From Octopus sinensis (lineage: Eukaryota), in contig NC_043000.1 in the NCBI RefSeq assembly GCF_006345805.1, positions 117,490,001 to 117,554,000 on the forward strand: DNA of 64,000 nt, written 5' to 3'. Under the pieces are notes generated by a model, which was not told the origin of the DNA, did no database searches, and saw only the letters and a list, made by a program, of their open reading frames with translations. Each line of letters opens with the position of its first letter. Position 1 is the stretch's first letter. Position numbers and translations under genes: made by a program. This document shows positions 24,721 to 37,720 of this stretch, piece by piece.

Positions 24721-26829
24721 TGGTTCCAGTGGGGTCTACTCTCCTTTTCGTCCTTTTGGAGTCAACACAATAAGCACCAGTCGATCACCAGAATTGATGT
24801 AATCAACTTACCCCACCACGAAATTAAGGGCCTTGTGCCAAAATTTGAAACCATTATGTCAGCTATCATTAAATATGAAATGTGACATGCTGAACTGGGT
24901 GAATATGAAATGTTACCATAGGAAATTTGGAACGTTTTGTTTATGACTGCAAGGTATTTTTTGCCAGTCCACCGCCATTTTCAGATTGTGTTTTTTGCAT
25001 TTTATACAATCACTGTGTTTACTTTTTAGTGGTTGATAAAATGAATTAATCAAAAACCATATGGCCATATATGTTTACAAAAGACAGTGACATATGATAG
25101 GGCCAAGAAATGTCAATATTGCATGAGGTCAGTTTTCCAGGAATGTCAACATCATAACAATATCTGCGTTTGAAAATAAGGAAGTAACAGCTAAGTTGCT
25201 ATTCTGGTTGAAGAATTAAGGAATAGAATGTTTAGAGCAAAAATATACTGAAAGTTTATGTGATTAATGCTTGTTACTCCTAGAGAGGACATTTAATCAG
25301 TCAAACATTTTAAAATGAATGAACAGAATTATCAAGGTTAGTGGGAGTTATATTTAGATTTAGCTTCTAGCTGGAAGAACCAAAATAGAACACTAAAAGG
25401 ATGGGCAGGTATACTAAAACACTTTCTGAAGATGACCAGATTAGCAGCTTTACTCTTTTTCAGTCCTGGGGTAGTTTATTAGGTCAATGTTGGCATAAAA
25501 TCCACAGTTATAGTGAAGGGGTCATAATAACAGAATTGGGACCCAGTGGGACTGTTGTTTTCTATGTAGCTCTCCTCTCTTTAGTTTCTCTAATTCCTCT
25601 GAAATTATGGTCTTGCCTGATGGCAGTGGTATAAAATTGAGGAAATAGCTGTTATTCTTCTATTTTTTTTTTTACTTATTTCAGTCATTTGACTGTGTCC
25701 AAGCTGGAGCACTGCCTTTAGTTGACTAGATCAACTCCAGGACTTATTCTTTGTAAACCTAGTATTTTTTCTATTAGTCTCTTTTACTGAACCACTTAAT
25801 TACAAGACTGAGTTCAAATTCCATTGAGGTTGACTTTGCTTTTCATCCTTTCAGGATCGATAAATTAAGTACCAGTTGCCTACTGGCGTCGATCTAATCA
25901 ACTGGCACCCTCACCAAAAATTCAGGCCTTGTGCCTAGAGTAGAAAAGAATACTTTATCAAATGAAAATATATATTTTTGTTAACAAAGATTTCTGACAG
26001 GCAAACATTCTTTAATTAGCTTCTGAAAACTTTAATTAGCTTCTGAATTTTACTAATCAAATCATATATATAAATTAGTTATATAATGATCAGATCATAG
26101 AGATCAGGTGTAGTTATCTTTGACTGATGGGAAATTCTGGGGTTCTGTTTTGTAATAAAAGCAACCCTAAAGATATGTTTATTTTTACCATTTGTCTTTC
26201 ACTTGTTTCAGTCATTGGACTGCAGCCATAACTAGGAGACCCACCTTCAAGGGATTAGTCAAACAAATGAATCACAGTATACTCTTTCTCTTTACTCTTT
26301 TACTTGTTTCAGTCATTTGACTGTGGCCATGCTGGAGCACTGCCTATAGTCGAGCAAATCGACCCCAGGACTTATTCTTTGCAAGCCTAGTACTTATTCT
26401 ATTGGTCTCTTTTGCCGAACCTTAGGGTTAGTAGTACATGCTCTTAACTACTATGCTATAATCTAGTAGTAAATATCACTTATTTTTACTACTAGGATTC
26501 TAGTAGAAAATATAAGTGATATGTAATCGTTCAATATCTTTGTCTATTGATTTTTTTTTCTTTACCATATTTTTGTGTATAGAATGAGCCATCAAGTTTA
26601 TTGACTAAATATGGTTTGTGAAATAAAATTGATCGTGTTTTTTTTTTGTTTGTTTTAAAACAAGAAACCTTGAGAATGATTTCTTATTTACAAAGAATTA
26701 TGAGAGAAAATTGGGTCATGTTATTTGTAAATAGTTTTTAATTTCATTTTGTTTATCATTGTGAAATCCTTTTTGCTCAGATAAACATTAGTGAGGACAA
26801 CTACGTGAAACAACGCCCCCATGCAGAGA

Positions 26830-27280
26830 AGTCACATTCCACCCCACCACCACCACCCATGCCACCATCAACCACCCTGCCATCGCCCACACCACCACCA
26901 CCACCACCACCACAAGCACCACCACCACGCACACTACACATACCAAGATCACCCCAACATTACCATGACTACCACCACCACACACAAAAAAAATTCTATC
27001 ACTACTACTAACCATTATCGTTATTGCTAATGACACCTTATATTACCACCATCACCACCACTGCTAACATCTTCAACAACGCCATCACCACTATTATCAC
27101 TCATATCACCATTTTTCACTACTACAAGCACCATCATCACCACCACCACCACCACCACCACTACTACTACCAACATGATTATCAACTGCTATGATCTGTA
27201 CCACCACTACCAACAGCCACAAGCAAAACATCACCACCATAATAAACCACAAACTCTAAACGCTATCAGCACCATTTATC
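26830..27280. repeat. (CAC)n-rich low-complexity tract
   Basis: Visible imperfect CAC/TAC repeats. Confidence 0.9.
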
Positions 27281-27384
27281 TAACTTGATCCATATATGTA
27301 TATGCACAGACACGACACACATAATTAGTCCCCATATAATCATTAAAATTTATTTAAATCTGAAATTATTCATTAATTGTTATA

Positions 27385-28565
27385 ATGTAAATATTTAATA
27401 TTTAATATACATGCCTCTTGTGCTTTTCAATGCAAGGACACTATAAGACATGTTACTGACCAGATGAATATTCTCTTGCGGAATTTCTTTCCAAGTTTCA
27501 TGCAGTAGTTTCAAAAGATCTGGCTTTGGAGAAGCTTTCTTGTTCTTTATATGAAGTGTCCTGCCCATTATGTACCAGAGGTGTTCAATGGGGTTCATAT
27601 CTGGTGACTGGTTTGGCCATGGAATCTTTTTAAGGCCATTCTCATCCAACAAATCTTGGGTCATTTTAGTCATGTGACAAGGAGCCCTTTTTTTTCCATT
27701 AATAACGAGTCTTCTTTAATCATTTTACCACTGATGAAGGTTGGAAGGAGTCCTTTCTGCAATATGGACACATATCTATCTGAGTTTATGTTTCCCTCAC
27801 ACTCAACCATTATAAGCCATTGCACTTATTATAAGCCATTGCTCCAAATTGCTCACCAGGCCATCACAGAATAACTGCCCTGTTTCATTCTTGGCTGCAA
27901 TCTTTTACCATCAAATTCTTGATTATAGAATCTCCAGACCAACACTCGATCACTTTCAGGAAATACAGCAAATCTGGACTCATCAGAGAATATAACAATG
28001 CCCCAAAATGCTAGTGGTCTCTCCACCATCTCACTGGCCCAATCTTTTCTCTGCTTGATGCTGGCTGGTCGAAGAAGTGGCTTCCTTCTTGCTGCTCTGC
28101 CATAGTAAGCAAAGTTGTGGAGGTACCTGACAACTGTTCTGGGACTGATATCAACTTGTTCTATGTCAGAGGCCTTGCTATGGGGATTATCCTCCTCACT
28201 TCTCTTAACAAAGAGAAGGGTCCTATCAGAGGGCCCTGATTGATCTGGGTAAGGTAATGTTTACTCCTTCCACTCTCTGGTGAATTGCACAATCACTTTC
28301 TTAACTGTAGAAAGTGGGATCCCAAGGTTTTCTGTGATTTTACACTGACTATGTCTACCTTCAGAATGATCCCACAATATGGCCTCTTTGAAATTCAGAC
28401 AGTTCCAAGGCTTCTTTTGTACATGGTATGATTAAACAGTCACATATAGAACCTGGAACAAAATAAGGTCAATTAATAAAATCAATTAATTAAAGACATA
28501 AACCTTTACAAGTTAGAATAAACCTAAAACGATGGTTTATGGGATGTCTATTTCTTTCTGTCATT
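27385..28565 (-). mobile_element. Tc1-like (DD34E) transposon, degenerate and near full length
   Basis: N-terminal ELSEFQRGHIVG, then VIFSDESRF, then WPNQSPDMNPIEHLW; multiple stops and frameshifts. The left TIR is not clear. Confidence 0.88.
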
Positions 28566-28747
28566 GTGTGTGTGTGTGTGTGTAAAGGCAAGCAGAGTTA
28601 GAGGTTCAAGTGGCCAACTAAGGGGTAAAATATCTGTATTTACTATCAGTATCCATTACCCATGCTATCCCTGGGCATGGATATGCAGGCACACTATGCT
28701 TGTAGGCTACAGGTAACAATAGAATAAACAAAAGTTTATCAGGAATC

Positions 28748-28980
28748 AAATTTAAATAATCAGAAATTGGAAAAAACTTTTGATCAACAAACAAACAAAT
28801 CGGATCATATCGGTAGATTATTTCTTAATACAAAACATGACATAGAAAGAAATGTTTTAATACAAAACATGTCATAGAAATGTAATGTCATGTTTTGTAT
28901 TGAAAAATAATCTACAGATGTGGTCCAATTTATTTGTTTGTTGAACAAATGTTTTCATCATTTTCTGATTACTTAAATTT
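28748..28980. mobile_element. Foldback/MITE-like element
   Basis: Imperfect inverted arms of about 95 bp (AAATTTAAATAATCAGAAA...CATGACAT / ATGTCATG...TTTCTGATTACTTAAATTT). Confidence 0.75.
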
Positions 28981-29073
28981 ATAGATATATATATATATGT
29001 GTGTATGTATATATTTCATTTTGGGATTTGGTTTGCAAGATTCTTTATGTGAATTCATGTGTTGAAGCATATT

Positions 29074-29359
29074 CTGTTGTGTCTGGGAAGAGTCATTCTC
29101 TTTTAGTGCCTTATAATTTAACGCTACTCACCGGTAAAATTTCCACTTCTTTCCTTCTTTACTTTTCGAAAATTTGCGATGCATCTTGCAACCTTTCAAT
29201 AGTTTTCACTGTCTGGGTGAGGTGATGCTTACTATTGAAAGGTTGGAAGATGCAGTGAAAATTTTCGAAAAATAAAGAAGGAAATAAGTGGTAATTTTAC
29301 CAGTGAGTGTGTTAAATTATAAGGCACTAAAAGAGAATAACTCTCCCCAGACACAACAG
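29074..29359. repeat. Long inverted repeat (~130-bp arms, 27-nt loop)
   Basis: CTGTTGTGTCTGGG...CTTTCAATAGT mirrored by ACTATTGAAAG...CCCAGACACAACAG. Confidence 0.85.
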
Positions 29360-30087
29360 TATATATATATATATATATATATATATCATCATCATCATCA
29401 TCATCAGCATCATTTAACGTTTGTTGTCCATGCTGGCATGGGATGGATGGTTTGACCATTGTCAGGATGCTTTGCATTCTTGTCCCATTTTGTATTTTTT
29501 ATATATGTGTATATATATATATACATATATATATAAATGAAAGAAGGTTTGGAAATGCAATTTTAAAGATGTTTATTCACTTGACCGGTTTCACTTTATT
29601 AGAAAAAGATCGTCAAAAGTAAAATGTAAAAGCTTTGTTGTGTTAAGTACTGGCTGTCACAAAAGTATTAAAATACATATATACATTCTTTGATAATAAT
29701 AAGAGAATGTTAAAAACAGTTTACAAGAAAGTATTCAACATACCATGCAGTGGGACTGAACCTGGAACCATGTGGTTAGGAAGCAAACTTCTTACCACAC
29801 AGCCATGCCTGCATCCATGTGTGCGTATGTGTATTTGTAAGTGTAAGCACGTATTCTTTTATTCTTTTACTTGTTTCAGTCATTTGACAGCAGCCATGCT
29901 GGAGCACCACCTTTAGTCGATCAAATTGACCCAGGACTTATTCTCTGTAAGCCTGGTACTTATTCCATCAATCTCTTTTGCTAATCTGGTAAGTTACAGG
30001 GACGTGAACACACCAACATTGGTTGGCAAGCAATGATGGGTGGTGGAGACAAACACAGACACAAAAAGACATGCATACATACATACA

Positions 30088-30160
<73 letters not shown>

Positions 30161-30277
30161 GAGGGGCTTCTTTCAGTTTCTGTTTACCAAATCCACTCAC
30201 AAGGCTTTGGTCAACCCAAGGCTATAGTAGAACACACTTGCCCAAGGTTTTTTTTTGTTTTTTTAAGCCTGGTACTT

Positions 30278-30681
30278 GTTCTTCTCTACTCTAGGCACAA
30301 GGCCCGAAATATTTGTGGAGTTGGGGGCCAGTCAATTAGATCGATCCCAGTATGCAAATGGTACTTAATTTATCAACCCCGAAAGGATGAAAGGCAAAAT
30401 CGACCTTGCCGGAATTTGAACTCAGAACGTAGCGGCAGACGAAATACCTATTTCTTTACTACCCACAAGGAGCTAAACACAGAGGGGACAAACAAGGACA
30501 AACACACAGATTAAGTCGATTACATCGACCCCAGTGCGTAACTGGTACTTATTTAATCGACCCCGAAAGGATGAAAGGCAAAGTCGACCTCGGCGGAATT
30601 TGAACTCAGAATGTAACAGCAGACGAAATACGGCTATGCATTTCGTCCGGCATGCTAATGATTCTGCCAGCTCACCGCCTT
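30278..30681 (-). mobile_element. SINE family B dimer with TSD, inserted in a family A fragment
   Basis: AGCCTGGTACTT at 30266-30277 and 30682-30693; dimer junction at 30447/30448. Confidence 0.85.
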
Positions 30682-31434
30682 AGCCTGGTACTTATTCTAT
30701 CATTTCTTTTGCTGAACTGCTAAGTTACAGGCATGTAAACACAGTAAAACTGGTTGTCAAGCAGTTGTGGGACATACACACACACACAGAAAGGCACACA
30801 CACACACATGCACACACACATATAAGAGGCGGGGGGATGAAGAGTTCCTGACTCTAAGGGTACCATGAATGTCATGGTTGGAAGCCCAACCATCCAAGTT
30901 CTTTTACAGGGCTGAGAAAAACCGAAGGACCACTGCAATAAATGTGTGAATCTGAGAGGGGTATATGTCGTATAAAATCATAATCAACTGATCATCCTGT
31001 ATTTCCTTATACCCAAAGCCAGGAACTTTTCAGTACTCCCTCATTTATATGATGGGCTTCTTTCAGTTTCCATCGACCAAATCCACTCACAAGGCTTTGG
31101 TCAGTCCGAGGTTATAGTGAAGACATTTGCCTTGGGTGCCACAGAGTGGGACTGATCCCAGAACCATTAGGTTGGGCTGCAAATTTCTTACCACAAAGCC
31201 ACTCCTACATCAATTCTTTTATTCTTTTGGTCTTTGACTAAGGCCATGCTGGAGCACCACGTCAAAGGGTTTTAGTCAAAGAAATTGACCCCAACACTTA
31301 TTCATTATCAGTCTATTTTGCTGAACTGCTAAGTTATAGGGATGTGAAAACTCCAACATCGGTTGTGAAGCAATGATGGGGAGACGAGCAGAGACACAAA
31401 GACACACACACATAAATATATAATAGTTATATTA

Positions 31435-31870
31435 ATACCTCGGGAGGTATGCAGTAATATATATCTGGAAGATCCTGGAAAGAATTGTGACAAAGTTTGG
31501 CATTGAAGGCTACACCAATGCCAAAACGAGACAACACTGCATAGTGCCAAAGATCCCAGCAATGCCATCACGCTTCAGGATCAGTTACTGCAACAGCCTG
31601 GGTTTTAAGGGCCCACAGCTTTTTAATATTCTCTCAAAGAGTCTGAGGAACTTGCACAAAGTTGATGTAGGGGTTTTTAAATCAAAGCTGGACATCTTCC
31701 TGTCGAGAGTCCCAGATGAACCTACCTCACAGCTAGAGGTGCAAATGAGAGTAGTTACATCAAACTCCATTCTTCACCAAGTGCCACATATTAGACGAGG
31801 TCCTTAGTAATAACAGTGTAGCAAAACAGCGGTGCATCAGCATGGTCGCAGCTCTGAGCTGAAACTAGAG
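31435..31870 (+). mobile_element. CR1-group LINE 3' end
   Basis: NSLGFKGPQLFNILSKSLRNL...VFKSKLDIFLSRVPDEP...SNSILHQ. Confidence 0.8.
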
Positions 31871-32154
31871 AGAAAAAGAAACTATGGAAGACTGGTGGAA
31901 ATATTATTTATATGGACTTCAAGGGCTAGGTTGCTATTTAGTTAAATAATTTAGGAGTTGGTTATAGATTTACTAAGTGAATTTATTTACTGATACTGTT
32001 TTTGTACATAGGGTAAAAGTGTTTCGTTTGTTGTAGTTTAATTAATAATGTTAGTGTTTAATCCTTTCTAGAATTAAGATTTAATGAATGTGGTGATATC
32101 CAAGGTATGTTTGTTCCCAAACAACACTTATTTTAGTGCTGTTGATACTACCAG

Positions 32155-32217
32155 ATTGAATGGTACTGCCCAGGTGTCGAAACCATAATGACATCTGTGG
32201 GACAGCTGATGATGGAG
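32155..32217 (+). CDS. Candidate internal exon IEWYCPGVETIMTSVGQLMME (phase 0-0)
   Basis: CTACCAG acceptor and GAG|GTATGT donor; only one open frame; non-repetitive sequence. Linkage to the downstream exons is not resolved. Confidence 0.45.
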
Positions 32218-32293
32218 GTATGTTGGATTGTTGGTATGGCTGTTATTGTGTGTGCAGAATAGCTTTATAAGACATCCATTTGATATGTAGTTT

Positions 32294-32697
32294 CTTACTT
32301 CTTTACTGCCCACAAGGGGATACACACAGAGGGGACAAACAAGGACAGACAAACGGATTAAGTCGATTATATCGACCCCAGTGTGTAACTGGTACTTAAT
32401 TTAACGACCCCAAAAGGATGAAAGGCAAAGTCGACTTTGGCGAAATTTAAACACAGAATGTCGCGGCAGACAAAATACCTATTTCTTTACTACCCACAAG
32501 GGGCTAAACACAGAGGGAACAAACAAGGACAGACAAACGGATTAAGTCAATTATATGAACCCCAGTGTGTAACTGGTACTTAATTTAACGATCCCGAAAG
32601 GATGAAAGGCAAAGTTGACCTTGGCGGAATTTGAACTCAGAACGTAGTGGCAGACAAAATACCGCTAAGCATTTTGCCCGGTGCCAGCTCGCCGCCT
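32294..32697 (-). mobile_element. SINE family B dimer with probable TSD
   Basis: TTTGATAT(G/A)TAGTTT at 32279-32293 and 32698-32712; junction at 32478/32479. Confidence 0.85.
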
Positions 32698-33269
32698 TTT
32701 GATATATAGTTTGATATATTTGATATATAGTTTCCATCTACCAAATCCACTCACAAGGCTTTGGTCAGCCCGAAGCTATAGTAGAAGACACTTGCACAAG
32801 GTGCCATGCAGTGGGACTGAACCTGGAACCATGTGGCTTGGAAACAAGATTCTTACCACAAACTACTCCTCTACCAGAGTTATTGTATGTTTTCGTTTCA
32901 TTGTTCCATTCAAGTGTCAGCCTCCTCTTGTATTTTCTCTTCAGCAAGAAACAAAGGAATGAACCAAATATGTTATTTTCTAAGATGTCTTACGTAACTA
33001 AACAGTCAACAGTTTTGATCAACTCTATCTCCGTGAGATAATATCTTTAAATGGCCTGAAACAATCCCATAAATGGCAAATTCTTGGAAGATGACATAGT
33101 GCCTACTAAGCTTCAATGCATTCTTATTTTGAAGATTTTTAAGAAATTCAGAACCGATTCTTATTTCATTTTGCTGTTGTTGTTGTTTTTGTTTACTGTT
33201 TTCGAACATTCTTTAAGAACAATCTTCTCTTTGCACATCCTATCTATCTATCTATACAAACTGTATGAG

Positions 33270-33279
33270 GAGGATGGAA

Positions 33280-33350
<71 letters not shown>

Positions 33351-33512
33351 AGTGCATGTGTAGATAGATAAATAAAGAGAGAGAGAGAGAATTAGATAGA
33401 TTGACAGATAGGTAGATAGATTGACAGAGAGAGAGATAGAAATGTAGGTAGCTAGGTGTGTAGATAGGTAGGTAGGTTGTTAAGTAGGTAGGTAGGTAGG
33501 TAGGTAAGTAGG

Positions 33513-33556
<44 letters not shown>

Positions 33557-33850
33557 GATAGATAGATAGATAGATAGGTAGATAAGTAGAACTAACTGTT
33601 TATGTCATTATATATACACCTAGAAATATATCTTTATATATATGTGTGTATACATACATACGTGCACACATGCACACACCGATGTGTGTGTATACATATA
33701 TATACATATATGTATACATATATACACATACATACATGCATATATGTATGTACATATATGTATATATATATATATAATATATATATATACATTATATATA
33801 CGTATATATATTTATATATAATATATATATATATGTATATATATATATTA

Positions 33851-33881
<31 letters not shown>

Positions 33882-33930
33882 ATATGTATATATATGTATA
33901 TATATATTATATATATATGTGTTATATATG

Positions 33931-33963
<33 letters not shown>

Positions 33964-34017
33964 GTATATATATGTATATATATATGTATATATATGGTGT
34001 ATATATATATGTATATT

Positions 34018-34067
<50 letters not shown>

Positions 34068-34128
34068 ACATATACATACACACACACACACATATATATA
34101 TATATGCTCGTATATAAAGAGAATGGGG

Positions 34129-34178
<50 letters not shown>

Positions 34179-34180
34179 CA
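33270..34180. repeat. Large compound microsatellite block (TG, TAGA, TAGG, TA, GA)
   Basis: Visible. Confidence 0.95.
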
Positions 34181-34499
34181 AAAGAAAGAGAGATTCTGTT
34201 TACATGTCATGCTCTCACAAATATGTTTTCTAAACAGTAAACAGTACTTTTACAATGAACTCTGTAACAATAATATTTCCCATGCCAAGCAATTTGTTTT
34301 GCCAAAAGATTGTGGAAAATAACAACAGATTTGAAATACTCTTTTATGCTGCTGGCATTTTGTTTTTATCGTCTTTTCTGTTCCATCTTCATACGTTAAT
34401 CTTTGAAATTCTGATATCATGCAGGTTTTTTGCTCTTAGTTCATGCCATTAACTTAAAACTTCATAACAATGAAAATATTATGTAATAATAAGTAAGTC

Positions 34500-34705
34500 T
34501 TTTATTCTTTTATTTCTTTCAGTCATTTGACTGCGGGCCATGCTGGAGCACCGCCTTTAAATCTAGCAAATTGACCCCCAGGACTTGTTCTTTGTAAGCC
34601 TAGTACTAATTCTATCGGTCTCTCTGACTGAACCACTATGTAAATACACCAGCATCGGTTGTTAAGCGATGGTTGGAGGACACAAGCACACATGCACACA
34701 CAAAT

Positions 34706-34754
<49 letters not shown>

Positions 34755-34915
34755 TATATGACGGGCTTTTTTTAGTTTCCGTTTACTAAATCCACTCACC
34801 AGGTTTTGGTCAATCCAAGGCTGTAGTAGAAGACACTTGCCCAAGGTGCCACGAATGGGACTGAACCCACAACCATGTGATTGGGAAGCAAGCTTCTTAC
34901 TACACAGCCACTCCA
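34500..34915 (-). mobile_element. SINE family A
   Basis: Reverse complement of the full layout. Confidence 0.85.
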
Positions 34916-34926
34916 GTGCCCATAAG

Positions 34927-34965
<39 letters not shown>

Positions 34966-35453
34966 ATACATAAATTATTGAATATATACTGGTTTCAAAT
35001 TTTGGCACATATATACATGTATACTTAGGGGAGAATTCACAAAAAAACAAAAGACGAAGACAGGTGGTGTAGAAAACAAACAGATGTATTAGTATAATGC
35101 TCAGGAATTGAAAAAGTTTTTAACATTTTGAGCCTATGCTCTTCCACAGAAAGGAACATAGAAAGAAGCAAGGAGAAAAAAAATGTGTGTAGTGGCTAGC
35201 GATCTATCTATATGTACACTTACATATATATACATATATATGTATATATTTGTGTTTGAGTGTCTGTGTTTGTCACCCCACCATCGTTTGACAACCAATG
35301 CTGGTGTGTTTATGTCCTCATAACTTAGTTCAGCATAATAAACTGATAGAATAAGTATTAGCCTTACAAAGAATAAGTCCTGGAGTTCTTTGACTAACAC
35401 CTTTTAATGGCCACAGTCAAATAACTGAAATAAGTCAAAGAATAAAAGAATAA

Positions 35454-35488
<35 letters not shown>

Positions 35489-35503
35489 TTGATAGATAGA
35501 TAG

Positions 35504-35536
<33 letters not shown>

Positions 35537-37064
35537 TACATATATATACATATATTTATATATATATTATATGTATATATATATATATATACACGTACAT
35601 ACATACATACTTATACATACATACATATATATATATATATGTATATATATAAGAAAGTGAGAGAGAGAGAGAGAGAGAGCAATAATATCATTGTGATACT
35701 GGACATGATAAATGGGGCATTTAAACTACAAAATATGCATGTTACAGAGCATCCTTTAACCTAGTGGCACGAAAAGAGCCCTTTGAGGACATATCCTAAT
35801 TCTTGGAAAACGTTTGTTCTCGAGCAGAAAATAATTGCACAAAACACACAACAAATAAATAAATAATAAAAAAATAAACGACATGGCTTTATAAATTATA
35901 CATTCTCACTCACTCACTCCCACACACATACAAACATGTTCTGAGATACGCAGACGCACATACTTAATTATATAATTATATGCTGTGGGAACATAGCCAA
36001 CACCCAAGGTTGATTACAGCTACTCACTCTGGCATGAAAGTACTGAAAACTAAAAGGCAAATACACAGTAAATGGGGAGTAGATTCTAAAAGCAAAATAA
36101 ATAGATAAATAATTTATCTTTTATCTTCTACTTGTTTCAGGGATTAGACTCAGGCCATGCTGGGGCACCGCCTTGAAAGGTTTTACACACATGAATTGAC
36201 CCCGTTCCTTTTTTTTAAAAAAAAAGAGCTTGGTACTTATTCTCTCACTCCTTTTGCTATGCTGCCCTGCTACAGGGATGTAAACAAACTGACACTGGTT
36301 GTCAAGCAATGATGGGCAGCAAAGACAAACACAAAGATATACACATATAAATGCATACTTATATACCGATAGGCTTCTTTCAGTTTCCTACTACCAAATC
36401 TACTATGGCCCAAGTCTATAGTAGAAGGCTCATCCCCCAAGATAAAACTACTCTATATTTTCGGGATGAGGAATTATGTAAATAATTTACATAAATAATC
36501 GACAAAGAACACCACTGGAAAATACAAAATTAAATGAGGCTGCATATATGCAAGGACACAATAACCTCCTAAGCAGATCTAGGAGGTCTTATGAAAAAAA
36601 GACATTTGTAATACAGAGCCAGAGCTGGTTTCAGCCGGGTTGGTAACAAAAGGGTTAAAGTAGGACCCCAGCTAGGTTGTAACTCAATGATTGAAACAAA
36701 TACAAGCTGAAAAATAAATATGTGCCTCTGGTGAAAGGAAACCGATAGAAGCTGACAACATACAAAAGTTCAAGTGTGGTTATCAGTTAACATAGTTTTT
36801 AACTAGATTATAGCAGTTTTGAATACGTCTTTCAAGAATCTAGAATAAAATTATTTATGACTAAGGGAGATATTTCATTGTGTTTGTGTTAGTTTTAGAA
36901 GGAATAAGGTATTCTACATTCTGTTTTCTAAGTGTTTTAAAGGACCAAGAGAGAGATTGGTAAACAGAAAGGAAGCGGGGTAACTGACTGTTAAATGCTG
37001 TCTCAGAAAAAGGAAAGAAAAAATATTCTATCCCATGCTAATGTGGAAAAACAAACATAAGATG

Positions 37065-37685
37065 AAGTAGATGAGGATGAAAATGACAACGATGATGGGG
37101 TAGGGGTGGGCAGTGCCAGTGGTGGTGGTGGTGGTGGCAATGGTGGTGGTGGCAGTGGTGGTGGTGGCAGTGATAGTGGTGGCAATGACGATGATGATGA
37201 TGACAATAAATAATGGAGATGATGATGATGGGGAGCAGTGGTGGTGGTAGGAGTGACAGTGGTGGCAGTGGTGGTGGTGGCAGTAGTAGTGGTGGCAGTA
37301 GTGGTGGCAGTGGTGGGGGGTGGCAATGACGATGATGATGATGACAATAAATAATGGAGATGATGATGATGGGGGAGCAGTGGTGGTGGTAGGAGTGACA
37401 GTGGTGGCAGTAGTGGTGGTGACAGTGGTGGTGGTGGCAGTAGTAGTGGTGGCAGTAGTGGTGGCAGTGGTGGGGGGTGGCAATGACGATGATGATGACA
37501 ATAAATGATGGAGATGATGATGATGGGGGAGCAGTGGTGGTGGTAGGAGTGACAGTGGTGGCAGTGGTAGTGGTGGTGGTGGTGGTGGTGGTGATGCTAA
37601 TGATTGACGATGATAGGGATGAAGGTTATGATGATGGTGACAATGAGGCAGATAGATGAAGATGACAAGGATGATGATGACAACA

Positions 37686-37715
<30 letters not shown>
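37065..37715. repeat. GGT/GAT/GGC trinucleotide tract with a higher-order unit
   Basis: GGCAATGACGATGATG...ACAATAAAT(A/G)ATGGAGATGATGATGATGGGG recurs three times. Confidence 0.9.

Positions 37716-37720
<5 letters not shown>

Noticed and set aside
25040-25130. Strong acceptor and GAG|GTCAGT donor pair
   Set aside because: All three frames contain stops from the strong acceptor.
33602-34322. Long YI/CV/HT-rich ORFs (also 17749-18017, 21964-22331, 23068-23418, 57826-58819, 63445-63841)
   Set aside because: Translations of TA/TG microsatellites, which lack stop codons; open in several frames and on both strands.
32945-34490. Exon candidates at 32945-32993 and near 34430-34490
   Set aside because: Splice signals are plausible, but their open frames are not phase-compatible with the phase-0 end of 32155-32217; left unannotated.
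37003-37720. Poly-Thr/His/Pro/Ile ORFs up to 230 aa (also 26788-27036, 54845-55260)
   Set aside because: Trinucleotide low-complexity DNA open in most frames, with no splice or domain support.
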